A stretch of DNA of 64,000 bases from a virus, in IMG/VR virus record IMGVR_UViG_3300049571_000380, positions 96,001 through 160,000 of that record. The stretch is one strand, 5' to 3'. Made by a program: the position numbers and the translations under genes. This document shows, piece after piece, positions 1 to 9,600 of the stretch (position 1 is its first letter; every line of letters begins with the position of its first letter). The notes under the pieces are model-generated. The model saw only the letters and a program-made list of their open reading frames with translations, was not told the origin of the DNA and ran no database searches.

Positions 1-105
1 GAGCGTCCTGGCCCGGGAGACGCGCTCCTGGGGCGTTCCGTAGCGGTCCCCGGGCGGCCTCCCCGGCGGGCGCCCGGTCGGCTTTCGGGCCACGCTTCCT
101 CCGGG

Positions 106-2391
106 TCAGCTCCGTGCGATCGGTACGTACCGCACCCTTCCGCGTTCCATCGTCTTGTGAATCAGGCCCGCCTTGGCGAGCACATGCAGGTCCGATTCGA
201 TGTCCCTCTCCTGGATCTTAGAGCGGAACCGTGAATAGATGTCCTGCTCCGTGACGCCCTCCTTCCGCGCCTGGATCGCGGTGAGGATTTCGTTCTGCCG
301 GGCCGCCCATTCCGAGTGGAGAATCTTGCCCGCGACGCGCGCCGTCGAGCGGTACCACTCCTCGGTCAGGTGCATGGCCTTGAGCAGGTGCGGCATCCGT
401 ACGATCTTCTCGCGCTCGGACATCGCGATGAGGACGGCCATCTTCATCATCGAGTCGCCCATGCGCGAGGTCGTGGGCAGCAGCACTTCGGCCAGTTCGT
501 GCTTGTCGGCCGCCGCATACAGCTCCCACTTGGCCTTCTGGAGACGCCGCCAGGTCGGGTCGTCGAAGGGGATCATCACCGTGTCGCCCGGCTTGGTCTC
601 CTCCATCCAGAAGGCCCGCGCGGCGAACATGTCGTTGAGCAGTCCCTGGCGCATCACGTCGTCGGCCGGGGTCTGACCGTCGAACTGCTCGGTGAACATG
701 CCCTCTTCGGTCATCGGCGGCGGGTCGGCCTCTGCGATGAGGAATCGGGCCAGGTGGCCGGACTGGTAGTCGCCGATCGTCAGGTGTTCGGTGACCTGCT
801 GGAGCGTGCCGCACAGGAACATCAGGAAGTTCGTACGGATGACCGATAGATCGCGGTCTTCGTGCTCCTTCAGGTTGCCCACGCGCAGGGCGATCCGGAC
901 GCGGCCGGTGAACAGCTCCGTCATGTGTTCACGCACACCCGCCAGGTACCGCTTCGCGGCCTGCTCGTACAGCAGACCGTGCGCCTCGTCCCGGTAGAAC
1001 ACCGAGGAGCGGCCATTGCGGTCGGGGAGGATGACGCTCAGGGCTTCCGAGGTCACATCGGAACCCAGCAGGTACGGGAAGGTGTCGTTGGACAGCTCGT
1101 CCAGGAAGTCGACCCACATCATCATCGCGGTCGTCTTCCGGGCCCGGGTGGTCGGGCCGAGGATGAAGAACCAGAGCGTGAGGTTGGTGTCGAACTTCGT
1201 GGGGCACTTGCCGAACTCGCCCAGCACAGTGGACAGGACCGTCGCGGCGCCCGCCCGGTGGTAGCAGGACGGTGCGTCGGTGCGCGTCTCGGCCCACTGC
1301 TGGTACCGGTCGACGAAGGTGTCCATCGGAACCTTGTCGCGCTCCTCGGGCAGGAGGATGGACACGGCCTCGGCGAAGTCGGCGAGCTTCTTCTCCGGGT
1401 TCTCTTCGCTCTCGTCTGCCTCCTTGCGGAAGCCGATGTCGGAGAAGCTGTTGCGCTTGGGCTGGTTGTCGGGGTGGTCGTACGCCTTGCAGAGCTGCTG
1501 CCACAGCTCCTCTTCCGGCCGCCCGTCGATCTTGTACTTGTTGCACTTCGCCGACCACGCGATGTGCATGGCCGTGATGCGGGAGACGTTCAGCCGGGAC
1601 AGCAGGCTGAGCAGCTTCCACAGGGTCTTCGACCGGTCCTGGTCCGGCTTCAGGTCGGCCGCGTACAGGTCGTGGACCTCGGGGCTGGAGCGGAACACCT
1701 CGGCCGACTCGCGGATCGACTGCTGGGAGAAGTACCAGTCGCTCTTCGGCGGCATGTCGCTGGCGACGCTCGGCCGGTCCTGAGTGCTGTAGGGCGGATA
1801 GACGCTGGCCAGCGCCTTCATCGTGTACGTGGCGCCCATCTTCGGCTGGGGTACCTGCCAGCGCGGGCGGCCGTGCCGGGAGTACTTGTTGTTCGCGGTG
1901 CCCGGCACGCGCAGAAGCTGGCCAGCATCCCAACCGCTGGGGTCGCAGCCGTCGCGGGTGTGCTCGGAGGCGATGGCCCGGGAGATGTCGATGAGCTGCT
2001 GCGGATCGTCGGTCTCGGTGACCCAGTACAGGTGATGGCGCCCCTCGGACGTCTCGACCGCCATCGTCGGTTCGACCTTCAAGCGATCCAGGGGCAGCGT
2101 GTCGGCGTCGGCGTAGGCGGCCCACTGGTGGGCGATGTTGCCGCCCTTGCGGCTGCTCCGGGTGCGGAACAGGGCGGGCACTGTGTAGACGTCCTTGTCG
2201 CTGCTGCCCAGGCAGAAGGCAACGAGGTCATCCCGCTGCGAGGGCCACGCGAAGAAGGTGGTCTGCGTCGGGCCCGTCTTTTCATCCGGGTCGTACACGC
2301 CGCCCGGGAACAGTGAGATCGCGACGAAGCCCAGATCCTTTCCGTCGTCGTTGTTCTTCGGAAAGAGGGTGTCGAAGAAGACGAAGCTCAC
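106..2391 (-). CDS. RepB-like DNA primase fused to a C-terminal helicase-like (DUF3987/YfjI-type) domain
   Basis: N-terminal AYADAD...AVETSEGRHHLYW...QLLRVPGTANNKY primase motifs; C-terminal GPTTRARKTT P-loop-like and YRDEAHG motifs; 761 aa. Confidence 0.75.
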   Translation of the reverse strand: MSFVFFDTLFPKNNDDGKDLGFVAISLFPGGVYDPDEKTGPTQTTFFAWPSQRDDLVAFCLGSSDKDVYTVPALFRTRSSRKGGNIAHQWAAYADADTLPLDRLKVEPTMAVETSEGRHHLYWVTETDDPQQLIDISRAIASEHTRDGCDPSGWDAGQLLRVPGTANNKYSRHGRPRWQVPQPKMGATYTMKALASVYPPYSTQDRPSVASDMPPKSDWYFSQQSIRESAEVFRSSPEVHDLYAADLKPDQDRSKTLWKLLSLLSRLNVSRITAMHIAWSAKCNKYKIDGRPEEELWQQLCKAYDHPDNQPKRNSFSDIGFRKEADESEENPEKKLADFAEAVSILLPEERDKVPMDTFVDRYQQWAETRTDAPSCYHRAGAATVLSTVLGEFGKCPTKFDTNLTLWFFILGPTTRARKTTAMMMWVDFLDELSNDTFPYLLGSDVTSEALSVILPDRNGRSSVFYRDEAHGLLYEQAAKRYLAGVREHMTELFTGRVRIALRVGNLKEHEDRDLSVIRTNFLMFLCGTLQQVTEHLTIGDYQSGHLARFLIAEADPPPMTEEGMFTEQFDGQTPADDVMRQGLLNDMFAARAFWMEETKPGDTVMIPFDDPTWRRLQKAKWELYAAADKHELAEVLLPTTSRMGDSMMKMAVLIAMSEREKIVRMPHLLKAMHLTEEWYRSTARVAGKILHSEWAARQNEILTAIQARKEGVTEQDIYSRFRSKIQERDIESDLHVLAKAGLIHKTMERGRVRYVPIARS

Positions 2392-2432
2392 CCGCGCCCC
2401 TCCCTTTCTCGTGCGACTTTCCGGACGCAGAA

Positions 2433-2460
2433 CGGGCGGGACCCCGGAAGGCCCCGCCCG
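2433..2460. terminator. GC-rich hairpin, probable intrinsic terminator
   Basis: cgggcggg / cccgcccg inverted repeat in an intergenic gap. Confidence 0.5.
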
Positions 2461-2512
2461 TCATGAACCGGGCGGATAACCGATCGTATCCGCACAGCTC
2501 ATCTTGCTGCGA

Positions 2513-3724
2513 TCAGAGGTTCTTGGCGCCCGCGAACTCGTCGAGGCCGCCGCCCTCGCCGTCCTCGTCCTTGGCCACCTCGGTCCACTGCGTGCCCAGC
2601 CAGACGGCGGTGACCGTCTTGCCGGTGCGCAGGAGGACGTCCACGAACACGCCCGGCGTCTTGTCCTGCGCGATGGCGCCGACCGTGCCCCAGGTGATCT
2701 CGCCGGAGACCGTCTCGCCGTTGCGCATCTCGACCTCGACCTTGCGCTCCGGCACCGGCAGGAACTTGGTCTTCAGGTAGTCGGTGGTCTGCGCGTAGTC
2801 CTCCATCAGCGGCGCGGAGTTCTCACCCCGGTCGGCGATGGCGTAGACCCGGTCGTCGACCTTGACCAGCAGCTTCTCGTTGCCCTCCCAGACCTGGCCG
2901 GAGCCGTCGTTGAGGATGTAGCCGCTGCCGTCCTGCGGGGAGAAGACGGTGACCGGGGCGCCGGTCTCGGTGTCGACCAGCACGTTGATCGGCTGGTTGT
3001 TGCCGTCGAGGCGCGGGCGACTCTTGGTCTTCGTGGACAGCGTGATGCACGCCATCACGATCTTGCCCTCGATCCGCTTGGCGATCTCCGGCATCGTCTT
3101 GAGGCTGACCTTTTCGCCGGGCTGCGTGGCGTTGGCGGCGACGCGCAGGGTGCGGCCGTCCTCGTTCTTGTAGCCCTTGCGGCCGGAGCGCTGCTCCTTG
3201 AAGAAGGCCGTCTTGATCGTGAGCGCGGGGCTCTCGATCTCGTACGGGTACCGGCGCTGGCCGAACTCCGGCGCGACGTGGTTGGCCTCGCAGATGAAGT
3301 ACGGCAGCTCCATCTCGGTGACGACCTCGGTGGCGCCGGTCTGAAGGGCGGCCTCGACCTGGTCGAACGGCACGTAGACGCGCTTCTTGCCGTCCTCGCC
3401 GACCTTCACCGCGACGCAGACCTTGGAGGAGAGGCGCGGGGTGTGCTTCTCCTTGAACTCGGCCACCGAGATCCGGATCGGGACCCACATCTTGTCCTTG
3501 AGGCCCACGTCGAGCGGGTTGACGTAGGTGTTGCCCGCCTCGTAGACGCGCACCTCCTCGTCGGACTCCTCCTCCTCCAGCTCCATCTCGGCGCCCGCGA
3601 AGAGGTCGTCCAGCTCGGCGTCCAGGTCGACACCCGCGAGGACGTCGCCCTCGGCCGGGGCCGCGTCGTTCACGTCGGCACCCTCGGGCTGGTTGAACGG
3701 GTCGAACTCGGTGTTGTCGCTCAT
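2513..3724 (-). CDS. Hypothetical acidic protein in the replication/recombination cluster (possible SSB)
   Basis: Long ORF with high-GC codon bias; start moved to MSDNTEF; acidic N- and C-termini; position next to recombination genes; function is inference. Confidence 0.5.
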   Translation of the reverse strand: MSDNTEFDPFNQPEGADVNDAAPAEGDVLAGVDLDAELDDLFAGAEMELEEEESDEEVRVYEAGNTYVNPLDVGLKDKMWVPIRISVAEFKEKHTPRLSSKVCVAVKVGEDGKKRVYVPFDQVEAALQTGATEVVTEMELPYFICEANHVAPEFGQRRYPYEIESPALTIKTAFFKEQRSGRKGYKNEDGRTLRVAANATQPGEKVSLKTMPEIAKRIEGKIVMACITLSTKTKSRPRLDGNNQPINVLVDTETGAPVTVFSPQDGSGYILNDGSGQVWEGNEKLLVKVDDRVYAIADRGENSAPLMEDYAQTTDYLKTKFLPVPERKVEVEMRNGETVSGEITWGTVGAIAQDKTPGVFVDVLLRTGKTVTAVWLGTQWTEVAKDEDGEGGGLDEFAGAKNL

Positions 3725-3755
3725 GGTGTTCTTGTCCTTGTCCTTGTGGTCCGCG

Positions 3756-4913
3756 TCAGGCACGGAGGGAGTTGACGATGGATTCCAGGTGGAGGCTCAG
3801 CGGCGCCGAGGCGTCGCCATGGCTCACCACCTCGTCTCCCTTGCCCGCTTCGCGCGCCGCCTCCTGGACGGCGTAGATGCGGGAGATCTTGTCGTCGGTG
3901 GACAGGCTGTCGTCCCCGACAGTGCGCTCGGCCCAGTCGGCGAGCTGCTGCGGCGAGCCCTTCTCGGCCGCCTTGCGGGCGGCGTCGAGCATGGCCTTCT
4001 GCTTCCGGCTGCCGCCCTTGGTGACGTCGATGACCTCACCGTTGATCGGCACGCCCTCCTCGGTCACCTCGGCCCCCAGCTCTTCGGGGGTGTAGGCGGC
4101 GGAGGCCATGGCCAGGTGGTCGTGGTCGTCCTCGGAGAGGGACAGGCCCATCTCGCCGAGGATGTTCTTGACGCCGAGGATCACGTCGATCGCACCGTCT
4201 CGCACCACACCCGACTTGGCCCGGCTCTTCAGCATCTCGGGGCCGTAGTTCTGCCAGGTGCTCTTCGAGTTGAGGCCGATCTGGTTGGCTCGCGCCATCG
4301 ACCACACCGACTCGAACCGGACCAGCTTGGCCAGATCGAAGTTCGTGGTGGCGACGGACTCGCGCAGCTCGTCGAAGTTGTACTGCCCGTGCAGAGCGGC
4401 GAGCTGCTTGCGCAGGGCCGCGATCTCCTCGGGAGACGCCTTCTCGTCGAACTCGGCAAGGGCTCGGAGGTCTTCGATCCTCTCCAGGATCTGCCCGCGC
4501 TGCATCTTGTACAGGCGGTCCATGTCTTCCAGCCGGGCCAGCTTCTGGCGCCGCTCCTCCTCGCGCATCTTCTGGAAGCGCTGGAGGTCTTCGTCGGACG
4601 TCTTGCGCACCAGCACGGCGGTCGCCTTCACGGCGTTGCCCTCGATGTGCACGGTGTGCCCGGCGGCGACGGCGAGCGCCTGCATCAGGTGGGCGCTCAT
4701 GCCCGCCTTCAGGCGGCCCTTGCCGTCGGGGAAGACGAAGATGTGCTGGAAGGAGGACATCGGGTCGATGCCCAGGGCGGCACCGAAGCGCATCATGTAC
4801 TCGGCGGAGGCTGCATCACCTGCGATGTGCTCCGGCATCAGCTTCGACTTCGACAGCCGCGCTGCTTCGGCGGGATCCACCTCGCCGGTCGTACGACGGA
4901 CAAGCTCAGTCAT
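3756..4913 (-). CDS. RecT/Bet-like single-strand annealing protein with a coiled-coil insertion
   Basis: GAALGIDPMSSFQHIFV...MSAHLMQAL and WQNYGPEMLKSRA motifs typical of phage SSAPs; adjacent to an exonuclease. Confidence 0.6.
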   Translation of the reverse strand: MTELVRRTTGEVDPAEAARLSKSKLMPEHIAGDAASAEYMMRFGAALGIDPMSSFQHIFVFPDGKGRLKAGMSAHLMQALAVAAGHTVHIEGNAVKATAVLVRKTSDEDLQRFQKMREEERRQKLARLEDMDRLYKMQRGQILERIEDLRALAEFDEKASPEEIAALRKQLAALHGQYNFDELRESVATTNFDLAKLVRFESVWSMARANQIGLNSKSTWQNYGPEMLKSRAKSGVVRDGAIDVILGVKNILGEMGLSLSEDDHDHLAMASAAYTPEELGAEVTEEGVPINGEVIDVTKGGSRKQKAMLDAARKAAEKGSPQQLADWAERTVGDDSLSTDDKISRIYAVQEAAREAGKGDEVVSHGDASAPLSLHLESIVNSLRA

Positions 4914-4996
4914 GCGTGCCTCGTTTTCAGTGCTTGTTCTTGTGTCGTTTTTGGTTCGCGTGGCGTCGTGTTCTTGTGTCTCCACTCTACCACTAT

Positions 4997-6832
4997 TTAG
5001 CCGCGCAGCCTAGGCCGAATCGAGCAGGGGAAGCACTCGGGGTGCGGAGCCAGCTCGTTGATCTTGCCCGTGCGCACGAGAGATGCCAGGTGAGCGGCCC
5101 GATTGATGACGCCCTGGGCCACGTCGGGCCGGTAGGCGCACGAGGCCACCCAGATGTCACTCACGTTGTTCGAGTCCCGGGGGATGAACGCGAGGACAGC
5201 GTAGTCCGCTTCCCGCCCCATCGCCCGCAGTCCGTACAGGTACAGCATCGTCTGGCCCATGTACTCCGACGGCACGCCGCCCGAGTGTTCCTCGGACCGG
5301 GACATCAGCATGACCATGCGACCCAGGTCCGCCTCAGTGAGCAGGCCACCCCGGTCCATCGCCTTGAGCTTGGTCAGCTCCTCGCGTTCCGGGGCGGTGA
5401 GCCCGTGGACGTAGGCACCGGGACCGGCCTGCGTCTGGTACTTCTTCAGCTTCTTCAGGTCGGTCGTGTTGTGCGTGACGACCATCCCCTTCGTGCACAG
5501 GTACGTACTGTCGGGGGAATCTACCTTTATGCACTGCGTCGGAACGGTCTCGATGGGTTCCACCGACTGAATCAGTCGCTGGCCGCCCCGAACTTCCGAG
5601 GTCACGTTCACGCGGTCCGCTTTCACGGAGGACAGGAATGGATTGAGCCCCCCCACAGGGGTGAAGGAAACCATGTAGGCGGTCACCTCCCTTCCGAATC
5701 CCCTACGCCGTACGACGTTGAACGCGGCCCGCTGCCCCAGGCCGACCAGCAGTTCGTACACCGACTCGGCCAAGGCCCGATCGGTGACTTCGAAAACGGC
5801 CTTGCGGCGCGTCTTGTTCCAGGTTCCATCGGTGTCCATGAGACCTCGCAGCAGGTCGAGACGCTGCTGTCGCGAGGCGCGAAGGTAGGCGGCTGGAACG
5901 AACTTCCGGTCGGCCACACCACACTCCTTGAGGAGTCCGATCAGGCCGCGCACGGTGCGTGTTGGTGAACCCTTTTCGGCCGTACCGGCATCGGCCGGTC
6001 CGACGTCGAATCCACGCTCCTGGATGTGCTGGAACATCTCGTCGTCAGGCTTGCTGATGCGGCCCGTGCCCACCGACCCGTCACCGAGCCAGCAGCCGAG
6101 GACGTACGGGTCGACCGGGAGCTGTACGTTGGTCAGTTCCAGTGGCTGGGCGTTGACGATCCGGTATCGGCTCTGGCCGTTGCCGAGCTTGAGGGTGTTT
6201 CTGATCTCTTCGGTGCTGAGCACCTTAGAGACCGCACGGTTTCCGCTACCGGAAACGACAGCCCACAGATGCTCGTTGTCGGCTACCACCGTCTGACCGT
6301 CGTCGAAGGTGATGAGATAGCAGGGACGGTGGTGGATTTCCGACTTGCCGAGCACCTTGCACGGCTTGCCGTCAGACCCGATGAGCAGGTCACCCGTCTG
6401 CACGTCACCCATGGTCGTCCATCCGGTCGGCGTCGGGAGGGGAGTGTCCAGCGCTAGCCCCTTCCAGTCGACCAGGGTCTTCTTGCGCGGCAGGAAGACG
6501 TCCACGTGACCGCGCACCAGGCCGATGCCCGGAATCTGGGCCACGTCCACGGTGATCTCCTGCTCGGCGTGGGCGTACACGGCGGGCAGATCGCGCTCCA
6601 GCTTCTCGTGCACCGCAGTGCCGAGCCACGCCTTCAGGCTGAACCCCCGTTCGGTGTGGGAGCCCATGCCCAGCGAGGCGGCGATCTTCCGCGCCACGCA
6701 GAGGTCGCACTTGTCGGCGAGGTCGCTCGGCCCGGGGGCCCGTTGCTTGTCGCGCGCCGAGGGTCGGGTGATGGTGGCCACCGCGATTCCCTCGACGAAA
6801 GTGCGAATATTTTCCTGGTCTTCTGCTGTCAT
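4997..6832 (-). CDS. PD-(D/E)XK (Cas4/RecB-like) exonuclease interrupted by an intein
   Basis: PSDLADKCDLC, GTAVHEKLE, GHVDVF and split DWK|TTD motif; C-terminal CFPC. Confidence 0.8.
   Translation of the reverse strand: MTAEDQENIRTFVEGIAVATITRPSARDKQRAPGPSDLADKCDLCVARKIAASLGMGSHTERGFSLKAWLGTAVHEKLERDLPAVYAHAEQEITVDVAQIPGIGLVRGHVDVFLPRKKTLVDWKGLALDTPLPTPTGWTTMGDVQTGDLLIGSDGKPCKVLGKSEIHHRPCYLITFDDGQTVVADNEHLWAVVSGSGNRAVSKVLSTEEIRNTLKLGNGQSRYRIVNAQPLELTNVQLPVDPYVLGCWLGDGSVGTGRISKPDDEMFQHIQERGFDVGPADAGTAEKGSPTRTVRGLIGLLKECGVADRKFVPAAYLRASRQQRLDLLRGLMDTDGTWNKTRRKAVFEVTDRALAESVYELLVGLGQRAAFNVVRRRGFGREVTAYMVSFTPVGGLNPFLSSVKADRVNVTSEVRGGQRLIQSVEPIETVPTQCIKVDSPDSTYLCTKGMVVTHNTTDLKKLKKYQTQAGPGAYVHGLTAPEREELTKLKAMDRGGLLTEADLGRMVMLMSRSEEHSGGVPSEYMGQTMLYLYGLRAMGREADYAVLAFIPRDSNNVSDIWVASCAYRPDVAQGVINRAAHLASLVRTGKINELAPHPECFPCSIRPRLRG
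5468..6460 (-). mobile_element. Intein of 331 aa with a LAGLIDADG homing endonuclease and class 3 signature
   Basis: Starts GLALDTPLPTPTGWTTMGD; block B ADNEHLW; LAGLIDADG-type motifs LGCWLGDGS and LRGLMDTDG; block F TQCIKV; ends VVTHN followed by Thr+1. Confidence 0.9.
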
Positions 6833-6841
6833 GTCGCAACC

Positions 6842-7549
6842 CTACACTGGGGCACTGACACTGGCGGCCAGCTCTCGGCCGGGTGTCATCAGCTCGTCCC
6901 ACCGGCCGTCGGCCCGCGCCTCCTTGTAGAGCTTCAGCCTGGCCAGCGATTCGGCCGACCCTGCGTACCGGGTGATGCGCACCGGCTTCTCGTGCCAGAG
7001 GTGGTAGAGCGGCGCCCGGCCGCGCCAAGGGGGACCGTAGATGCCGTTCAGGCCCAGCGCCCACGCCTCGTCCTCCTGCCCCCACCCGACGAAGCCGGGG
7101 TCCAGCGGGCAGTTCAGGTAGACCTCCCGCCGCAGCACTGTGACGCCGCCGCCCTCGAAGCCCTTGTAGGGCCGCTGATCGAGCCAGCGGAGCTGCCCAG
7201 TGAAGGAGCCGGGGTTCGCCCCTTCGAAGATGTGGTTGGTGGCCACCTGGCCCATCCGGTACACCTTCAGGTGCGGGACCGCCCAGGCGGCCCCCTGTCG
7301 TACGGCGCGAACCGCCTGCTTCAGACCCGGAGTGATCGAGTCGGCATCCGCCACGATCACGATCGGTTCGGTGCAGGAAGCCAGGGCGGTGGCCACGGCC
7401 TTCGCCTTGCACCACGGCTGCTCGCTGAACCCGACCTGGATCCTGGGACTTTCCAGCTCGCTGGCGTACCAGGACTTCACGTGCTCCAGCGCCTGCTTGC
7501 GCCACGGCGTTTCGTTCCCGTAAGGGATCAGGACGGCGATGTCGTTCAT
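6842..7549 (-). CDS. GT-A fold glycosyltransferase (GT2/GT7-like)
   Basis: VADADS DxD motif and GFVGWGQEDEAW motif of the galactosyltransferase C-terminal type; HLWH. Confidence 0.75.
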   Translation of the reverse strand: MNDIAVLIPYGNETPWRKQALEHVKSWYASELESPRIQVGFSEQPWCKAKAVATALASCTEPIVIVADADSITPGLKQAVRAVRQGAAWAVPHLKVYRMGQVATNHIFEGANPGSFTGQLRWLDQRPYKGFEGGGVTVLRREVYLNCPLDPGFVGWGQEDEAWALGLNGIYGPPWRGRAPLYHLWHEKPVRITRYAGSAESLARLKLYKEARADGRWDELMTPGRELAASVSAPV

Positions 7550-7619
7550 GGCCGTATCCTGGCACGGAAACGGGCCACCGCTCAGGGGACGGCGGGGCCC
7601 GTTTCCTGCATCCGGAGGA

Positions 7620-8327
7620 TCAGCCCTCGAAGCTGAAGTCCTCGTCGTCGTCGCCGGAGGGACGGGAGGCCAGGTACTTCGCCTTGTCCTCGTCGGTCGC
7701 CCGGCGGACGGTCAGCGTCGGCCCGTTGTCCTTGAGGCACGCGTCCAGCTTGTCGGGCTCGTGCTCGAAGAGCTTGCGCGCCATGGTGGCGTCGGGCTTC
7801 GGCAGGAGGATCCGCTTGTAGTCCTCGGCCGAGAGGTTGCGCTTGGCGGTGGGGGCGTCGAACTTCGTGCCCGAGGTGTAGACCAGGGCCACGCCGTCCT
7901 GGATGTCGATGCCCAGGTTGCCGCCCCGGCGGTACTTCGCGACGGCCTTGGCGCGCTCGACCAGGTCGGCGGCCTCCTTCTTGATGCGCTCCTGCTCCAG
8001 GATGAACACGGCCAGCGCCGCGTCGTCGAGGTTGTCGATGTCGTCGGGGTTCATGCCGCTCCAGTTGTTCTCCGGCGCCTTGACGGCGTGGGGGTGGTCC
8101 TCCGGGAGGGCCGCCAGCGGCACGTAGCCGTTGTCCTGCGGCTGGCCGTCGGAGGCCAGGTACTCCGAGTGGATGAGCGAGGCGCGCACGGTGCGGCGGC
8201 GACCCAGGCTGCCGTCGTTGACCGTGGCGATGTTCGCCTCGCGGCTGTCCTTGTCGAGTACGGCAACGACCTTCTTCGTGCGAACGTTGAAGTAGAGCTG
8301 GTTGTCGACGATGCTGTCCAGGCTCAC
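7620..8327 (-). CDS. Hypothetical protein
   Basis: 235-aa ORF with RBS and its own promoter (TTGCGA...TAGAGT). Confidence 0.6.
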   Translation of the reverse strand: MSLDSIVDNQLYFNVRTKKVVAVLDKDSREANIATVNDGSLGRRRTVRASLIHSEYLASDGQPQDNGYVPLAALPEDHPHAVKAPENNWSGMNPDDIDNLDDAALAVFILEQERIKKEAADLVERAKAVAKYRRGGNLGIDIQDGVALVYTSGTKFDAPTAKRNLSAEDYKRILLPKPDATMARKLFEHEPDKLDACLKDNGPTLTVRRATDEDKAKYLASRPSGDDDEDFSFEG

Positions 8328-8386
8328 GTTTTTCCCCTTCCGAAGCCCCGCGTTCCGGGGCTTGTGAGTACTACTCTACCAGAGAT

Positions 8387-8403
8387 CTGCGAGATTTTCG
8401 CAA
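8387..8403. promoter_or_regulatory. Palindrome CTGCGA-N5-TCGCAA overlapping a -35 box
   Basis: Same half-sites and spacing as 42326-42342; minus-strand -10 TAGAGT at 8373-8378. Confidence 0.5.
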
Positions 8404-8426
8404 GTCTCCGTTTCCAGAATCGAGGA

Positions 8427-8924
8427 TCAGGAGCTTTCCTCGCTTTCGGGCACCTCGATGCTGAAGGAAACCCTCCACCCCAGAATCCGCAGCGCCGCCT
8501 GGATCGTCGAGATCGGGTGATCCGCGATGTGCCGGGCGAGACTGTCGGCCGAGGGGTTGTCGGGCTCCTCCGTGTTCAGTTCGAACGTACGCCACGCCTC
8601 TGACATCGCCCGCTGGGCACCGTGCTGCTCGGACTCCTCCAGGGCGTCGGCGTAGTGCAGGTACGAGGCGTTCAGGGCGGCCGTCAGGCGCCGCTTGGCC
8701 TCGCCCTCGGTCATGTTCCCGGGCAGCCCGGGGAAGGCCGCGTCATAGGCGGCTTCGAGTGCGCTCGGGACCGCCACGGCTCGCATGCCGACCGGGACGA
8801 CTGCGGCCAGCGGGCGGCCACCATCCGTCAGGTAGAAGATCTCGCCCTTCTCGTGTGCCCGCCTGGCCAGCTCCTCGGTACGGTCGCAGCATCCGCGCAC
8901 CGGTACGTCCTGTTCCTGCTTCAT
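8427..8924 (-). CDS. Hypothetical protein with an N-terminal Phd/YefM-like motif
   Basis: GEIFYLTDGGRPLAAVVP resembles the Phd/YefM beta-strand motif; start moved to MKQEQD. Confidence 0.4.
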   Translation of the reverse strand: MKQEQDVPVRGCCDRTEELARRAHEKGEIFYLTDGGRPLAAVVPVGMRAVAVPSALEAAYDAAFPGLPGNMTEGEAKRRLTAALNASYLHYADALEESEQHGAQRAMSEAWRTFELNTEEPDNPSADSLARHIADHPISTIQAALRILGWRVSFSIEVPESEESS

Positions 8925-8938
8925 GGTCTTCCCCTCTC

Positions 8939-9484
8939 CTACAGCCCGGCGGCCCACGCCGCGAGCGCCTTGAAATCCCCGTCGAGCAGCCCGGTCCTCG
9001 GGCTGACGTAGTGCAGCAGGGCGGAGCCCTGGTGGTTGACGGCGACGTGCTCGCGGTCGCCGTCGTGGATCTCGTCGTCGATCCAGGCGAAGGGCCGCCC
9101 GTCGGTCCACGCGACGATGTACGGCGTCTTCCAGAAGACGCCGTCGGTGCGGCCGGACTTCTCCGGGTGCGAATCGTTGGCCCAGAAGTCCACATACTCC
9201 AGCTCGGGGAGCCCGATCAGCGGGCCGATCCACTCGTTGGCCTCGGGACCCCACATGCTGGCCCACACCAGCTCGAAGTGCTCGGTCAGCTTCAGCAGTT
9301 CGACGCCGTGCGACTCGTTGAGCCAGACCCGCAACGGCTTGCCGTAGACGGCAGTCCAGTGCTCACCGTCCTGGGCCGTCGGGTTCAGACGGTGCGTGCT
9401 GTACCCCTCGGGGCGGCGGTGCGGCTTTGCGGCGTGCGGATTCAGCGGCCCGTCCACGTCGATCAGCAGCAGCGGCTTGGTCAT
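8939..9484 (-). CDS. HAD-superfamily phosphatase (Swiss-Army-Knife RNA-repair HAD type)
   Basis: LLLIDVDGPLNP, LVWASMWG, K, and FAWIDDEI motifs. Confidence 0.8.
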   Translation of the reverse strand: MTKPLLLIDVDGPLNPHAAKPHRRPEGYSTHRLNPTAQDGEHWTAVYGKPLRVWLNESHGVELLKLTEHFELVWASMWGPEANEWIGPLIGLPELEYVDFWANDSHPEKSGRTDGVFWKTPYIVAWTDGRPFAWIDDEIHDGDREHVAVNHQGSALLHYVSPRTGLLDGDFKALAAWAAGL

Positions 9485-9600
9485 CTCTTCTCCAGTCCGG
9501 GCGGACGGGCCCCGCCTCAGCGGGGCCCGGGAACGCCACCTTCTTGTATGACGCGCCAGCGGCGCGAATCTCACTGCGGCGGCTGGATACCCAGCCGCTC

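Noticed and set aside
4997-6832. Cas4 as part of a CRISPR system
   Set aside because: It is a phage PD-(D/E)XK exonuclease next to a RecT-like gene; no cas1/cas2 or array is present
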